A DNA stretch of 57,387 nt, filler included, from Sphacelaria rigidula (Eukaryota): the NCBI GenBank assembly GCA_964200075.2. It is 8 parts of 8 records of this genome, joined end to end, with 100 filler letters (N's around TTAATTAATTAA, not from the genome) between each part and the next. Parts side by side here need not be neighbours in the genome. Positions count along the whole stretch, not along the records: positions 7,187 to 14,272 come from CAXNAA020016560.1; positions 14,373 to 21,458 come from CAXNAA020016561.1; positions 21,559 to 28,644 come from CAXNAA020016562.1; 5 more parts are not named here. One strand, 5' to 3'. Both the position numbers and the translations under genes were made by a program. Shown here one piece after another: positions 13,227-25,824 of this stretch. The first letter of the stretch is position 1. Every line of letters starts with the position of its first letter. The notes under the pieces were generated by a model. That model searched no databases. It worked only from the letters and a program-made list of their open reading frames with translations, and was not told the origin of the DNA.

Positions 13227-13643
13227 CAGTGGGTTCTCGAGAATGGGTTTGAAAAAAATGAGGTTCAACTCAAAAACCGTGCTTTCCCTGACCTAAATTC
13301 ATGACAAATGACTTTCATATAGACGGCCTCATCCCTCCCGATCTCCCTAAAACTATTTTGGGGGATTTCTAGTCCTCCGTTTTCCCAAAGGGTATGTGCG
13401 AAAGCACACTTTTGCCTCCTTTTGGGGGTGAGAAAAAGACATTTTTTGGCCCGACAATCGTGCTTCCGCGCATACCCTTTGAGGGAACAGAAGGCTAGAA
13501 ATCCTCCGAAATATGTTTTGGCAGGTCGGGAGGGATGGGGTTCTCCATATGAAATTAATTTATCGTAAATTTAGGTCAGGGAAAGCACGGCTTTTGGGTC
13601 GAACATCATTTTTTGTTTCAACCCCAATTCCGAGAATCCACTG
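13227..13643. mobile_element. Fold-back MITE with ~180-bp inverted arms (Tc1/mariner-like CAGTG ends)
   Basis: CAGTGGGTTCTCGAGAATGGG...GGTATGTGCGAAAGCAC (13227-13407) is inverted at 13460-13643 and followed by TA on the right. A partial copy lies at 6870-6965. Confidence 0.8.
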
Positions 13644-14469
13644 TATTTTCTTGCTTAATGTCCTAGCAAGGTCCCACACAAAATTCCAGCACACAAGAAC
13701 GAAACCTGGGTCGGTAAATGGCCCGCAATATACTCGGCCCGGTTTTTAAACGGCTCATCCGCAGCTCAATTGTTTCAGTTAGATCTTCAAATTTGGCATG
13801 GACAACGAATAGGTCATGATACAAAACCGCACGCATGGACCTTAATTCTTGCTTTTCTTTCTTAGTTGAAGACAATAATCAGTTTTCAGGTTCAGTAAAT
13901 TGCTGTTAATTCATGGAGAAAATGCTTTGGGTCCACGCATACGTCTTTTTGATTGTAGTCTATGCATTGTCCAAACCAAATTTGAAGGTCCAACGTGAAA
14001 TAGTAAGCTGCGAATGGGCCTACAAACTACAAACCCGCTTCTAGGCTGGCCCAACTCGTATCGAGCACCACAGTCACCAACAACAACAGTGTTTTCGTGA
14101 GATTGAGAGTGGATGATACGATTGAGAGTGGCTTTGATCATTTGCTTTAAGTGAGTCACTTATTTATTCCACGTGTGATATTTTTTACCTCCATCACTTG
14201 CGTGTGTTTACAGCTACACGTCGATATCCTACCCCGGGATATCAAGGTCCTCAGTGGCCAGCTGTTGCAGAANNNNNNNNNNNNNNNNNNNNNNNNNNNN
14301 NNNNNNNNNNNNNNNNTTAATTAATTAANNNNNNNNNNNNNNNNNNNNNNNNNNNNNNNNNNNNNNNNNNNNGAATGACCCAAAGTTACGTGTTTTCGAA
14401 TATGTCACGTTAAAACGTCACGTGTCACGTATCCCTCCCCGAAAGAAAGGAAAGTACTCTGCTTCTCAC

Positions 14470-17400
14470 CTGTGACCAGAACGAACTGCCTCTCGCAAGG
14501 GATTTCCGTGATAAGTTCATCCGGATTCAAAGGCCTCAGGTGGGCACGATTCCTGCAAACGGGCATAACAGACAATATATATATATAAACAACGAACGAG
14601 AACTATTTCCAAGAAGAAAAGTATCAAGGGAAGAATCTGAGGGTCCTGCCTAAAGATACTTTACGAGAGGGGTGCACTCGGTATCATCATGGGGAAGGGG
14701 GTTCATGAAGTCATTGTAAAGTCAATGCGAAAACGTGATGATCATGGGTCATACACGCTATTGCTGTATTGACACCTCCTCCCCCCATTCCTCTCTCCCA
14801 CCCCTCATTTTTCCTTTCGAGGGTTGGCGTCGACTAGCAACGGTGCTGTAAAACGTTACTCACTGCATAAGCTGAGCATCTATAATACCGTTTTCTAGTT
14901 TTTTTGCTTTCGCTTGCGTTTTTATGCGACAACCACGACGGTGGTCGAACTATTGTAGATCATATCGTGCAAAATGGAGAACCTCAACTCCTCGCAAAGG
15001 GAACGGTCATTCTATGGAGTATTAGAATGGTGAGACACCCATGAGGCAGTGTGTAAGCCGTGACTGTCTCTGGAACTGGTGATACTAGAAAATGAAGCAA
15101 CTCATTCTAGGAGATAATCAAAACACTTCGAGGCGAACAATCGTAGCAGGATGCAGCCCACCCTTCATGCGATTCGCTGAATACATCACGGAGCTTCGCG
15201 CTCAGTGATTAATTGCGAGCCTGGTCCGGCGAAAATTCGGCGTGCTCCGTCCCGGCTTTGTAGGAATACGAGTTCAATGGTCTTATGGCTACGGCATGCA
15301 AGATCATGACTGTATCCCCCCACTCCCCAGTAAAAAGGAACAGACGACGTCAAGATTATGTTTCTACTTTTACTTGAACGTTGAATTCTCCGGGAATAGT
15401 GGGACAAGATTTAGTGTTGTTGCTGTTGTTGTTATATTCACCATTATCATCACCATCACCATCGCTATTATTTACTTCGTATCATTTATCGCTATCAAGA
15501 TCATTAATAGCATTAGTGAGTATAAGTTATAATATTAATATTAATATTAGTATTAATGAGTATGAGGATGAGGATGAGGATGAGCATTAGTATTAGTATT
15601 AGTATTAGTATTAGTATTAGTATTAGTATTAGTATTAGTATTAGTATTAGTATTAGTATTAGTATTAGTATTAGTATTAGTATTAGTATTAGTATTAGTA
15701 TTAGTATTAGTATTGGTATTAGTATTGGTATTAGTATTAGTATTAGTATTAGTATTAGTATTAGTATAGGTAATAGTATCAATATCACTACTGCTACCAC
15801 TACCATAACAAACAAAAACTATGATTGTCAATTTTTCGAGCAAAGGGAAAATAGAGGAAGAGTGACGGCTCGTGCTGAAGCGTGATTGATTTGATTGATT
15901 AATTGATTGATTGATTGATTGATTTGACTGATTTGATTAATTTGATTGATATTCTTGATCGATTGATTGTCGCACTTTAACTGACCCCCCACGGATCCAG
16001 CCGTGGTCACATGAGACACATACCCAAGAAAAAACAAACTGAAAACACTCGCTGAAGAAAAAGAAGCAACAGAAAAAGTTGAACAGAACGACATATATAT
16101 AGGGAAAAAAAAAAAAAGACAATTGTATACACCACGGTATTTTCCCCCGTGGGTTGATCGCGCGTCGTTTCGTGGCCGTCGGAGGACGACCCCAACAGAC
16201 CAACGCGGGCATCAAGATAGTACTGACTAGTGACAGCAAAATATCACACCCTGGACAATAGATTCCATTGTAAAAAAATGTACTGCGTACAGTATGGAAT
16301 CTATTGTCTATTGCAATAGGCCCGATAGTCGATACTGTACGCAGTACATTTTTTTACCGTGTATTGTTTTGTCCAGGGTGTGCAAAATACACAAAACAAG
16401 AGCAACACAGAAATCGAAGCTAAAAATCAAAACCAAGCAACCCAAGTAAAAACACAAAGCGAACCAGCACATACCAAAAATCTCGAGTAGAGGGACACAC
16501 ACACACACACACAGAAGGAAACATGAACTCACGCAGAGAGGAGCCACCGCAACAGTGGATAAGCAAGCTTATTCCTCCATTCCAATCCCTCCCGCAGCGT
16601 CCTCGCAGGCCCACTATCCATCGCAAGGTCCTCCCCATTTCCCATCTCCTCGGCCGATTCTTTCCCCATTGCCCTGTATGGCAACGAGAGCACAGTGTCC
16701 GCGGGAGCTCCTGCCGCTAAGGCTAGGGCGTGGTTTCGGCTGGCCTGCTCCACGAGGTTCTTGGCCAATAGTTTATCGGCGAACGAAAAGTTCGATTCGT
16801 CGTCTTTTCGCTCGATACACGCCTGCATGTCGCTCACGGCCGGGAAGGAGTTGAGTACATCTCGCACCTGGACGCGGGAGGGGAAGCGGAGAGGGGGGGG
16901 GGGCGAAGGCCAGGGGCCAGGGGCCAGCGGGCAGGGGCCAGCGGGCAGGGGCCAGCGGGCAGGAGGCAGGCTTAGTGAATTGATTTGCGTGTTTTGCGCA
17001 GGGGCCAGGGGCCAGCGGGCAGGGGCCAGCGGGCAGGGGCCAGCGAGCAGGAGGCAGGCTTAGTGAATTGATTTGCGTGATTGACTGCAGGGATTGGTTG
17101 ATTGAGCTATCGATTGCAGCGGTTGGTTGACAGACTGCAATGGTTGGTTGACTGGCTGGGACGGTTGGTTGGTTAGTTGGTTGATTGCAACGATTGATTG
17201 ATCACAATGGTTGACTGGCTAAAATAATTGATTGATCGCAATGGTTGATCGATAAATTGATTGCGATGGTTTACTGATTAACTGAACCGGTTGCTTGGTT
17301 AGTTGCAACGGTTGGTTGACTGGCTGCAATGGTTGAGTGGTCGGTTAATTGTCATGGTTGGCTGATTGATTGGCCGAAGGGCCGTAGCGGGGGGGAGGGT

Positions 17401-17487
17401 GGAGGGGCGTGTTTGGTCAAGTGTGCCTAATTGACTCCAACTTTTGATTGATAGGTCGATTCATTCATCGCTTGGTTGGTTGGTTGG

Positions 17488-17523
<36 letters not shown>

Positions 17524-20500
17524 GTGGTCACAATGGTTGGTGCAGCGATCCGCTTCGCACGAAGCCAGCCGTGGTCACACACGATATAGTTGACAGGTGT
17601 CATGTATCCCTGACGGAAAAAAATCATGAAACAATGACGGCCAGAGGTAACTCGCGATAAGAGGGGGAAAGAGAGCTGAAGAGGAGAATAGAAAAAACGA
17701 GGTGATCTGGACGCAGAGAAAGAACAAGAAAAACGCCAGGCTAAAATCTATAACTCCAATAACGGTTGCGAAGAAAACTCCGGCAGCCGCTTACCGGGGT
17801 TTCGGGTGACGAAGTCGTGCAAAAAGGGAATTCCGTGAAAGTATGTCACGACTCAGCTTCATCTAGGGACGGCACTATTCGGACAGAAAATGTCAAATGC
17901 TACTTATTCAGGAGCGAGACACATCCAACATTAATACGACTCAGAGAAACAGAAAAGGAAGAAGGAAAGAAGAGAAAAACAATAATAATGATGGGGGAAA
18001 TAATACTCTCGGTAGTTATATATATGCGTGTATATGGACGCACAAACAATTAGAGACGAGCAATCGAAACATGAAACTTGATCACGTTGAAAACATCATC
18101 GCGTCAAGTGAATGTAGTCGAAACGTTCAAAGATATTAAATGCATTTCCTGGATGATGACTGCTGACAAGGACAAATGTATTTATCAAGGGAGCGGGTAA
18201 ACGCACGCGCGAGGGGGAGGAGGAGTAACATGTCACCCTTTATTATATGATTTGCTTTCAGTATTAGTATTAGTATTAGTATTGGTATTAGTATTAGTAT
18301 TAGTATTAGTATTGGTATTGGTATTGGTTTTGGTATTGGTATTGGTATTGGTATTAGTATAGGTAATAGTATTAGTATTAGTATTAGTATTAGTATAGGT
18401 AATAGTATCAGTATTAGTATTAGTATTAGTATTAGTATTAGTATTGGTATTGGTATTAGTATTAGTATTAGTATTAGTATTAGTATTAGTATTAGTATTG
18501 GTATTGGTATTGGTGTTGGTGTTGGTATTTAATCCCGTTGTTGTTTTGCTGTACCAAAACACGTTGGGTGGTGATGGTTGGTAGTAGTAGTAGCAGTAAT
18601 AGTCGCCGTCTTAGCCGTAGTAATAGCATCACACATTCTAGCTATAGAAGGAAAACATTCGGCACACACGAACGCTGTGTGATGCTGGGACAAGGATGCC
18701 TGCACGTTTCACGTGGACTCTCGAACAAAAAACAAAAAAAAGTGCGGAGGATACTCTTCAACAAGCGGTGCAATTCTTTACAACAGTACGCCATGATTAC
18801 ATGTAGGACTACTCGTAGCACGAACCCTAACCCTGAGGAATCGAACGAGGGATGGAATTCCCAGCGGCCGTTTTGCGTGTGTATGACTTCCGGTGTATGC
18901 TCTGATGTCAATAATTCTTCCCCTCTAAGTGAATGAGTTCTGACATTAGCAACATCCGCGGTAACCCTTTCGGTACCGGCGATGGAAACAGTATGGATTT
19001 GGATATGCTGTTTTTTAACGCATATCGTTTCACCGGTCGCCCCGGTGGCTCAGTTGGTGACCTCGAAACCTTCAAACGGTTGCGTTGTGGGTTCGAGTCT
19101 CGGAACGATCTGACATTTTTTCTCACACAATGCCCAACAGTGGAGAGCGATGATGCGTCGTGGTTACACAAAATTCGACTTGAAGGTCGATGAGGGAAAA
19201 GGATCGCTGAACCCCTCTCGCCATAAAAAATGAAGGTGAGCACCGCAGAAGGAAGGCGGAGAACTAGAAACAAATAGAAAAGAAAAACTCCTGTGTTGAC
19301 CTTCCTCCTGTGCGACCCCGACTGGTGCGCCCACATATACCGAAAAGTTTAGACCGACGTCCAGAATAAATGGGATGACAACACACACACACACATGGTT
19401 TGAGTATTCACAGCTTTCACGCATAACCATTAGCCCGACCCGTGTTTTTCAGACCCGTATCAGAATGTGCCCCAGTGCGGCACGGGACTCCGTACATGGA
19501 AAATAGACAGGTGGTGCCCGTTATGTTTGTGTAGACTTGAGGCACCTAAGTGCTGATTTTGGCTGTGAGCACAAAGCTGCACAAACTCGATACGTTGGAT
19601 CCCTCACTGGACAAAACTAATCTAACTGCACCGGGGTAGTATTTGTGGTGCGCGCATGACGTATGCTGGTGGCTTCTTCTGTGACCTTCCGCCGTGAAAA
19701 AGTGGTTGCCGTAGATCTTTTCTGTTTCCATATTTTCTTCTCTTGTCAGGGCTTGAAATAATGAGGCGTCTGGCCCGGGGACGGAAGGGGGAAGGGTCCC
19801 GAAGGGTTAGAAAAGATAGCCGAGAAAATAATTATCGTAGTACATGCACTTTTTTCGTGAGATTGAGAGTAGAGGATACGATTGGGAGTGAAAAGCGGTC
19901 AATCAGTGAATTAATCGTTTCAGTTCCGAAATGCCCCTCCACGAGACCCGATACTATTTCTGTAGTAGCTTGCCACTGAGGCCCTTGATATCTCTGAGTA
20001 GGATATCGACGTATAGCTGTAAGCACACGCCTGTGATGGAGGCGAAGAAAAGCACACACGGGATAAAACATTGTCCAAGTTGAAGAGAATGATCAAAGTC
20101 ACTCTCAATCAGCGCTCTACTCCCAATATCACGAAAACAATGTTGTACGTGGACCGTCATTTTCCGGACGAACGTAAGCCACCACGCACGCACTGAAAAC
20201 CTTGTCCCGGGAGAACAACGGCATTTCCGAAAAACATTGCATACCTCAAGTGCAAGTCAGGTTTAAGTAAGACAAGGAGAGTTTCTCCCTTCCGTCACTA
20301 CCATTTTCTGCGCTAGAAAAAGAGAGAAAAATGGTTGGCTCGAAAACCCGCGGCGGACGGACGAGATATCGGGCTCTTTAGTGGTGGACAAGACATCGAG
20401 CTTCACCCTGTATATGTCACGCACTCCCTGGATGATGACAGTAGACTACATTTAAAAAAAACGTACTGCGTACATAGTATGGAACCTATTGTGTGCCGCA

Positions 20501-21037
20501 ATAGACGCAAGAGTCGATCCTGTGCGCAGTACAATTTTTGACACTGCAATCTACCGTCATTATCTAGGATGTGGATCATGTGGCGGGCGCATAGAGACGG
20601 GGGCTGGGCAAACCGCCCCCTGTCCGCAGTGCATACACCACAGCTGGCCTAGAACCAACCACATTAAGCCCATATCCCTGGGGAGCACGGCACATGTCAT
20701 GCGGAGCAAGCAGGTGTAGGGGGTGGTTACGGTGGAACGTGCGGGTACCGGTATTAACCCTGTTGGAACCCACCGACGATTATTGTTTTCGTGAATCGAC
20801 ATCACTTCGACCTGAAAATGACTGAAAATGATGCCAATTCAGAAAACAAAAATCATAAATGGTCTCCAAAAAGGTTTACAACACTTTGCCGAGTACCGGT
20901 GCTAGATATACAGTGAAAACGGAACGAAAATAGTTAACATACAAATACAAAAGGAAGGAAGAAAAAAAAAAAAAAAACAAAAACAACAAGGAAAAAAAAG
21001 GGAGAGAAAAGGGAGGGGGTGGGGGAGAGGGGGGGCA

Positions 21038-21113
<76 letters not shown>

Positions 21114-21395
21114 GAAATCGACAAGGAAAAATAAAGCAGAGAACGGAGCGTGCGTGTGAAAAAAGTGATGACGTCAACCATCAACCATCAACCATCAGTA
21201 ATGAATGATGAATGACCCATCATACAAACCATCAAAAATCACCTTATTTATATCTCGCTTCAGATCTGGTCCGTAGAAGGCGGGTTTACCATCCCACTGC
21301 ACGGTCTCAGGAAAACCGATCTCGTGTCGGGAGCCCTGCATTGCCATCCAAAACACGTCGAGTATCAGATCCACCGTTGCCCCTTTTCGAATGAC
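14470..21395 (-). CDS. PARP6/PARP8-like mono-ADP-ribosyltransferase, three internal exons (partial gene)
   Basis: Exons 21395-21243 (VIRKGATVDLILDVFWMAMQGSRHEIGFPETVQWDGKPAFYGPDLKRDINK), 16867-16533 (VRDVLNSFPAVSDMQ...LREGLEWRNKLAYPLLRWLLSA) and 14552-14470 (NRAHLRPLNPDELITEIPCERQFVLVT) splice in phase. As I recall the family, the joined sequence follows the PARP6/8 pre-catalytic segment (VVDLL...ALDS...PLAHPLLQW.ISSNRSHIVKL...QFLLL). The catalytic FHGS exon is not in this contig. Confidence 0.8.
14865..15312 (-). repeat. Dispersed repeat family R1 copy (PARP-like intron)
   Basis: Colinear with 52408-52882 and with the reverse complement of 7503-7937. Confidence 0.85.
15585..15768. repeat. 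(TATTAG)n microsatellite
   Basis: Direct reading. It produces the spurious poly-TN/IL/IS ORFs. Confidence 0.97.
16245..16382. mobile_element. Short MITE with probable 8-bp target-site duplication
   Basis: TIR CACACCCTGGACAA/TTGTCCAGGGTGTG, inner inverted block TAAAAAAATGTACTGCGTACAGTAT, flanks CAAAATAT / CAAAATAC. Confidence 0.8.
16905..17525. repeat. Intronic low-complexity block: GGGGCCAGCGGGCA repeats, then (GATT/GGTT)n
   Basis: 16920-16990 is duplicated at 17000-17078, followed by degenerate GATT/GGTT tracts. A similar (GATT)n tract lies at 15883-15970. Confidence 0.85.
18260..18529. repeat. (TATTAG/TATTGG)n microsatellite
   Basis: Direct reading. Confidence 0.97.
19036..19395 (+). mobile_element. 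tRNA-derived SINE in an intron of the PARP-like gene
   Basis: 5' head with A-box GGTGGCTCAGTTGG and B-box GGGTTCGAGTC, a ~280-nt body, and a (CA)n tail after AAATGGGATGACAA. Confidence 0.75.
19850..20145. repeat. Dispersed repeat family R2
   Basis: Colinear copy at 23765-24050 (GAGATTGAGAG...GAAATGCCCCTCCACGAG...AGTAGCTTGCCACTGA...AAAAGCACACACGGA) and a fragment at 28878-28918. Confidence 0.8.
20422..20573. mobile_element. Second, more diverged copy of the 16245-16382 MITE
   Basis: CACTCCCTGGATGA...GTACTGCGTACA...GAGTCGATCCTGTGCGCAGTACA...TCTAGGATGTG. Confidence 0.7.
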
Positions 21396-22153
21396 CTGCC
21401 CACAAAGTACAGTAACAAAAAAGGGAGAGGGGGGGGGGGGGGGAGACGCGCACTCACANNNNNNNNNNNNNNNNNNNNNNNNNNNNNNNNNNNNNNNNNN
21501 NNTTAATTAATTAANNNNNNNNNNNNNNNNNNNNNNNNNNNNNNNNNNNNNNNNNNNNTTCGGTGGGTGTGTGTTGATGTTGGTGCGTCTCTCTGCCGCG
21601 CCGGCCTGGCCAGGTTGTTGCTGGGGGGGGGGGGGGGATATTTTGGGTCAGTCATTCCACGAAATTCCACTTCAAGTCGTTGATGAGTGCGGGAAGGGCT
21701 GTTCGAACGCGCTTGTAGCCCATAGAAGCACCCCCCCCCCCACCCTGTCGTAGCGTGACTCAAGCTCCTCCTCATGCTGCCCTTACAAATATTCGCTCAC
21801 TTCTTATCCGTTTTTTTTCTGCTTGTTACCAGAGTGCGGGTACATGCCTCCGTGTTGACTTTGTCGGGGTCCATGTTTCCAGCGACTACGGCTTGTGTGA
21901 CACTCCCACGCAACGAAATCACCCTGTTCACAACCAAACCGGTGAAGAAACTTCAGTCCTGATTGCGTATTTTTGTGAAGGGTCGCGGGGGGCGGTAAAT
22001 ATACAATGATGCGAAACTATGACCGTGCACCTCAAGACTGAAGAAATCGTCGAGTTTCCTGATGCATTGGCGACAAAGCGAGAATAATAAAACAGCACTA
22101 CATGTTTCGGGCACATTCGTAGTTCGTGCATGTGCAAGCTATGCGAAACTCAC

Positions 22154-25100
22154 TTTCCGTAGTAACCCCTCCTGTCTCTGTGGACTATGTTCTGCATATA
22201 CTGTGCGAGGAGATGGATGTAGACATCCTCGGCGTCTTCAGGCCACACGAACCCGTGGCAGTGCACGTCCCCCTCGGTCTCTCCAGGGTACTCGACTGTC
22301 TCACCGATTTCGGGGTAGTCTACGACGCGGCAAACATCCGTGTTGTCAGCCAAGCCCGTGCCGTCGTTCTCTGTCCAGCAGCACATGTACGTGTTATGGC
22401 TGCAAGAGCGGTAGTCGTAGTCAGGCACGTCTGCATTATCGCACTTAGAGACGAGATTGAAGTCCATGGGTCCCCTGGGTTCGTCCAGGCGGTGCGTGTA
22501 CTCGCTCCAGAGCCGATTGTTGGCGCAAGGTCCGAGTCCTGTGGTGTAGGGCCTAGTGCACGCCGCATCCGACACCACGGGCATTGTCTCGATACATCCG
22601 CATTCCGGCGAACCCTCGATGCTGTCAATAGTTCGACACGGACAGACGCAGGCGTGGTGGAGCATCACAAAAGCCAACGGGGAGTGAATGAAGGAGGAAG
22701 TTGCGTACGATCGCACACGCGCTCTTTCCCTTGCTTGAAAAATCACTCAGCTTGTGGGTATGTATTGTGCCATGCGAGTCATCCTGCGATAGATGAGGTT
22801 GGACGGCGGCGACTTCGCCCACTAAAAATGCCCACTTCAAGTCGCCCTTGATAGCAGCAACTTTTACTCGACCGCATTTGGTACCAAGGAAACGCACCCG
22901 TTCACACTGCTCAACACAGTTTTCACCAAATACAGGCGCACCGTGAGCGTTAGGTCATCTGGAACAACTATGAGCCCCTGTTTCTCGTGGAATCCGAATC
23001 TTTCTCTTATCTCTGTGATGCGTAAGAGAACCGCGTGCTTTGAAGACCGCATTGTAGTCCAAAACACCTTAGGATCGACCTTTTTCGGAACCAATCGGGC
23101 CAGTCCCTGCAGGGACTACGCCCTTGATCCCAACCACAACCCCAACCCTAACCCTAACCATAGGGGTGTACAACTTCTCATGCGGTTCTCTAGGCACGCG
23201 GTCCTCTCGCGCATTACATTCTTTCTCTCTCCGTTCCTTCTTGCAGGGTTTCGCGAAGTGCGAGGAGGTCACGTACGATGTCGCCGCAAGAACCGCAGGG
23301 ATTATACACAATGTGAATAATCCCGTTTCATGGACACATGACCGTCTCAAACCTGTTCCGGAACTGTGGGAAACGGTACTCACCCAAGGCACCTTCGAGG
23401 CGTACCATGTTGTTCATTTCTCGATGATGTTTGGATTTGTGGGAAATGGACTCCCACGAAGCCAGCTCCGAGGGCACTGAAGGCTTGAAACATTTTTTTT
23501 GGCGCTTCGATTCCCGTCCAAGGTCCCTCCGAGAACACTATCGGAAAATTCTGAAACACACTCGAAACATTTTGTTCTATTTAATCAGAAACTCCTGTTG
23601 AGTTGCGAGCGGCAGACGCGAAGGTCTTCGAACAGCTTTCGCACAGCCCCCCCTCGATGCTGTCCGTATTCTCCCCCAAAGCCCGGTTTCACTTAAAGAT
23701 CATATTCACGGATGAAATATCGTTTTATGGACTCTGCATTCGCACTGCATAGCACATGCCAACATTGTTTTCGAGAGATTGAGAGCAGATGATACCATCG
23801 AGAGTGAGAAGCGGTCAAGTAGTGAATGAAACGTTTCACTTCTGAAATGCCCCTCCACGAGGCCCGATATGCTTTCCGGAGTACAGTAGCTTGCCACTGA
23901 AGCCCTTGAAATCCCGGCGTAGGATATCGACGTGTAGTAGCGAGTCTTATAGGCAAAGAAAAGCACACACGGAATGATAATTGCCCAAGTCGAAGCTAAA
24001 AAATATGAAGCCCACTCTCAATTAGCCCTCTACTCTCACTCACGAAAACGTTGTTATCCTGGATGATCTACACACATCGAACAGAGGGAACAAGCGGAAT
24101 TACCCATGCAGATACAAACCATCGTGAATTTCAGACGCAACCACGTAGTGCACGCCACACCTTGATCCTACGATTTTTTTTCCCGTGGGAGTCGCGTTTA
24201 TCTACTTACTCTTTCGCGACCAATCATGATTCTCGCACTCCTTCATGTGTGACCCAGCACGGGCTTGACGAGTTGTGTCCCATAGTGTGACTAAAGCGGT
24301 AGTCCTTGGGATGTCGAACGCATTGTACACAACTGACCTCACCCGCCAGTGCGAGAGCACCAGGATACTTCGTACTTTCTTGCACGCGCCGTAATAACAT
24401 TCTGGTTCTGGAATTCACCGTACTGGTGTTTCAAACCCTCGACTTACTACTCTGGTGCAGGTTCAAGCGACATAGAGTACCAGCACCACCCACATATGCC
24501 CATGGGGCCTTGGGAGCGACGGACTGTTCGTGTGACCATCCGCTGATGACGAGTACAGCCCTTGCAAAGCTTTATGGGTCGTAGGTGGGATTTGTTGACA
24601 TCGGGGTGTTGGGTGCGAGGCTCTGTCTTTAACGGATATTCGACATGTGGCACGTGTCTGCTGGTATGTCTCGTACATGAGCAAACGCGAGTTCTGACAC
24701 TTGGATGCCTGATTCGATATGTTCATCCATGTCATGGAAGGAGCGTTCGCTGTAGATGGTCCCCAGTGTCATCGTGGAGGGTGTACTCACTTTCCGAAGT
24801 AGCCACCATCGTCGGTGCTGTTGAAGTTCTTCACGTAGTGATACAGGGGAAGAACGTAAGTTTGCACATCCGCGTCGTCTGCCCAGGCGAAGCCGTGGCT
24901 ACATCAAGACGTATCAGTCAGCATTAGGGTATTATTGGCGAGCAGGAAAATTGACGGGTGGTGGGGCGGATGGGCGGAACGGTTTTAGGCGATTATCAGC
25001 GTGCATCTCTCATTCGTATAAAGGATATTTACCCGACTAAAACACTCACAACATATTAGACCCTAAACCTTGACCCTTAAACCTTGGACCGCTAATCAGT

Positions 25101-25824
25101 ACACCTCATTCTTGTATCCATCTCCAGGGCAATCCACGACACGACGCGAGTGTGATCCATTCCGGAGATCATTGTGATATACTACACGAGCTAGTCCGAG
25201 GCAATACCCAGTTTCCAGTTTTCAGCAAAGTAACGTCAACTCATAAAAAAAAAGGGAAACCTCAGGGTCCCGAAAGTCGTTTCATTATGCCCTATTCATT
25301 GTCCGTACCAAAATTGAAAGTCCAACTCTCAAGTTGAGGAGAGGCTAGGCGATTCAGAAACCAGGCCGGTCGAAATTAGAAACAGTGTTTTGCAGGCCTT
25401 TGGAGCGGTGTTCAACAGAATATTTGTGCAGCAAGCGAATCAATGCCTATTCAAGCCCAAACAGCATCGCGCGCAACATCGCAAAGTGGATCAGACCTAG
25501 CGGGGAAAATTATTGCATTTACTGTTTTATGTGGAACACTGTATCATGCCAGCAATATTGTTTTCGCGGGTATTGGTACAAAACCCCTTCTCGTTCTCTG
25601 TCGTGGTCGAGACCCATTGAACTGTGGATCGAGATGCCGACGACTCACCAGTAGATCTCCCCCTCGTCGTCACGAGGGAGCTCTAGGTCTTCGCCTTCCT
25701 CCGGATAATCCAGCACACGACAGGCGTCCGAGTTGTTCTGCATACCACTGGGGCCGTCGTTTGCTGTCCAGCAGCACATGAAGGTGTTATATTCGCACGA
25801 CTCGACGAGGCTGGCCGCCAATAT
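22154..25824 (-). CDS. Uncharacterised Cys-rich tandem-domain protein (partial; at least two repeat units)
   Basis: Phase-compatible GT-AG exons. 25824-25649 ILAASLVESCEYNTFMCCWTANDGPSGMQNNSDACRVLDYPEEGEDLELPRDDEGEIYC; 24898-24791 HGFAWADDADVQTYVLPLYHYVKNFNSTDDGGYFG; 22621-22154 IEGSPECGCIETMPVVSDAACT...SCSHNTYMCCWTENDGTGLADNTDVCRVVDYPEIGETVEYPGETEGDVHCHGFVWPED...RGYYG. The two units align clearly with each other. Confidence 0.85.

Noticed and set aside
15513-15885. Poly-IL/TN/IS ORFs (also 18233-18562, 20876-21184, 48-290)
   Set aside because: These are translations of microsatellites and homopolymer runs.
19686-19769. Extra exon in the PARP-like gene (good acceptor; DASLFQALTREENMETEKIYGNHFFTAE)
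   Set aside because: It is open only in phase 1, whereas the flanking exons join in phase 0, where it has a stop. The donor is weak, and the two flanking exons already join into a family-like sequence.
23135-23162. Telomere-like CCCTAA repeats (also 18823-18835, 25060-25086)
   Set aside because: Only two or three imperfect internal units, not a chromosome end.
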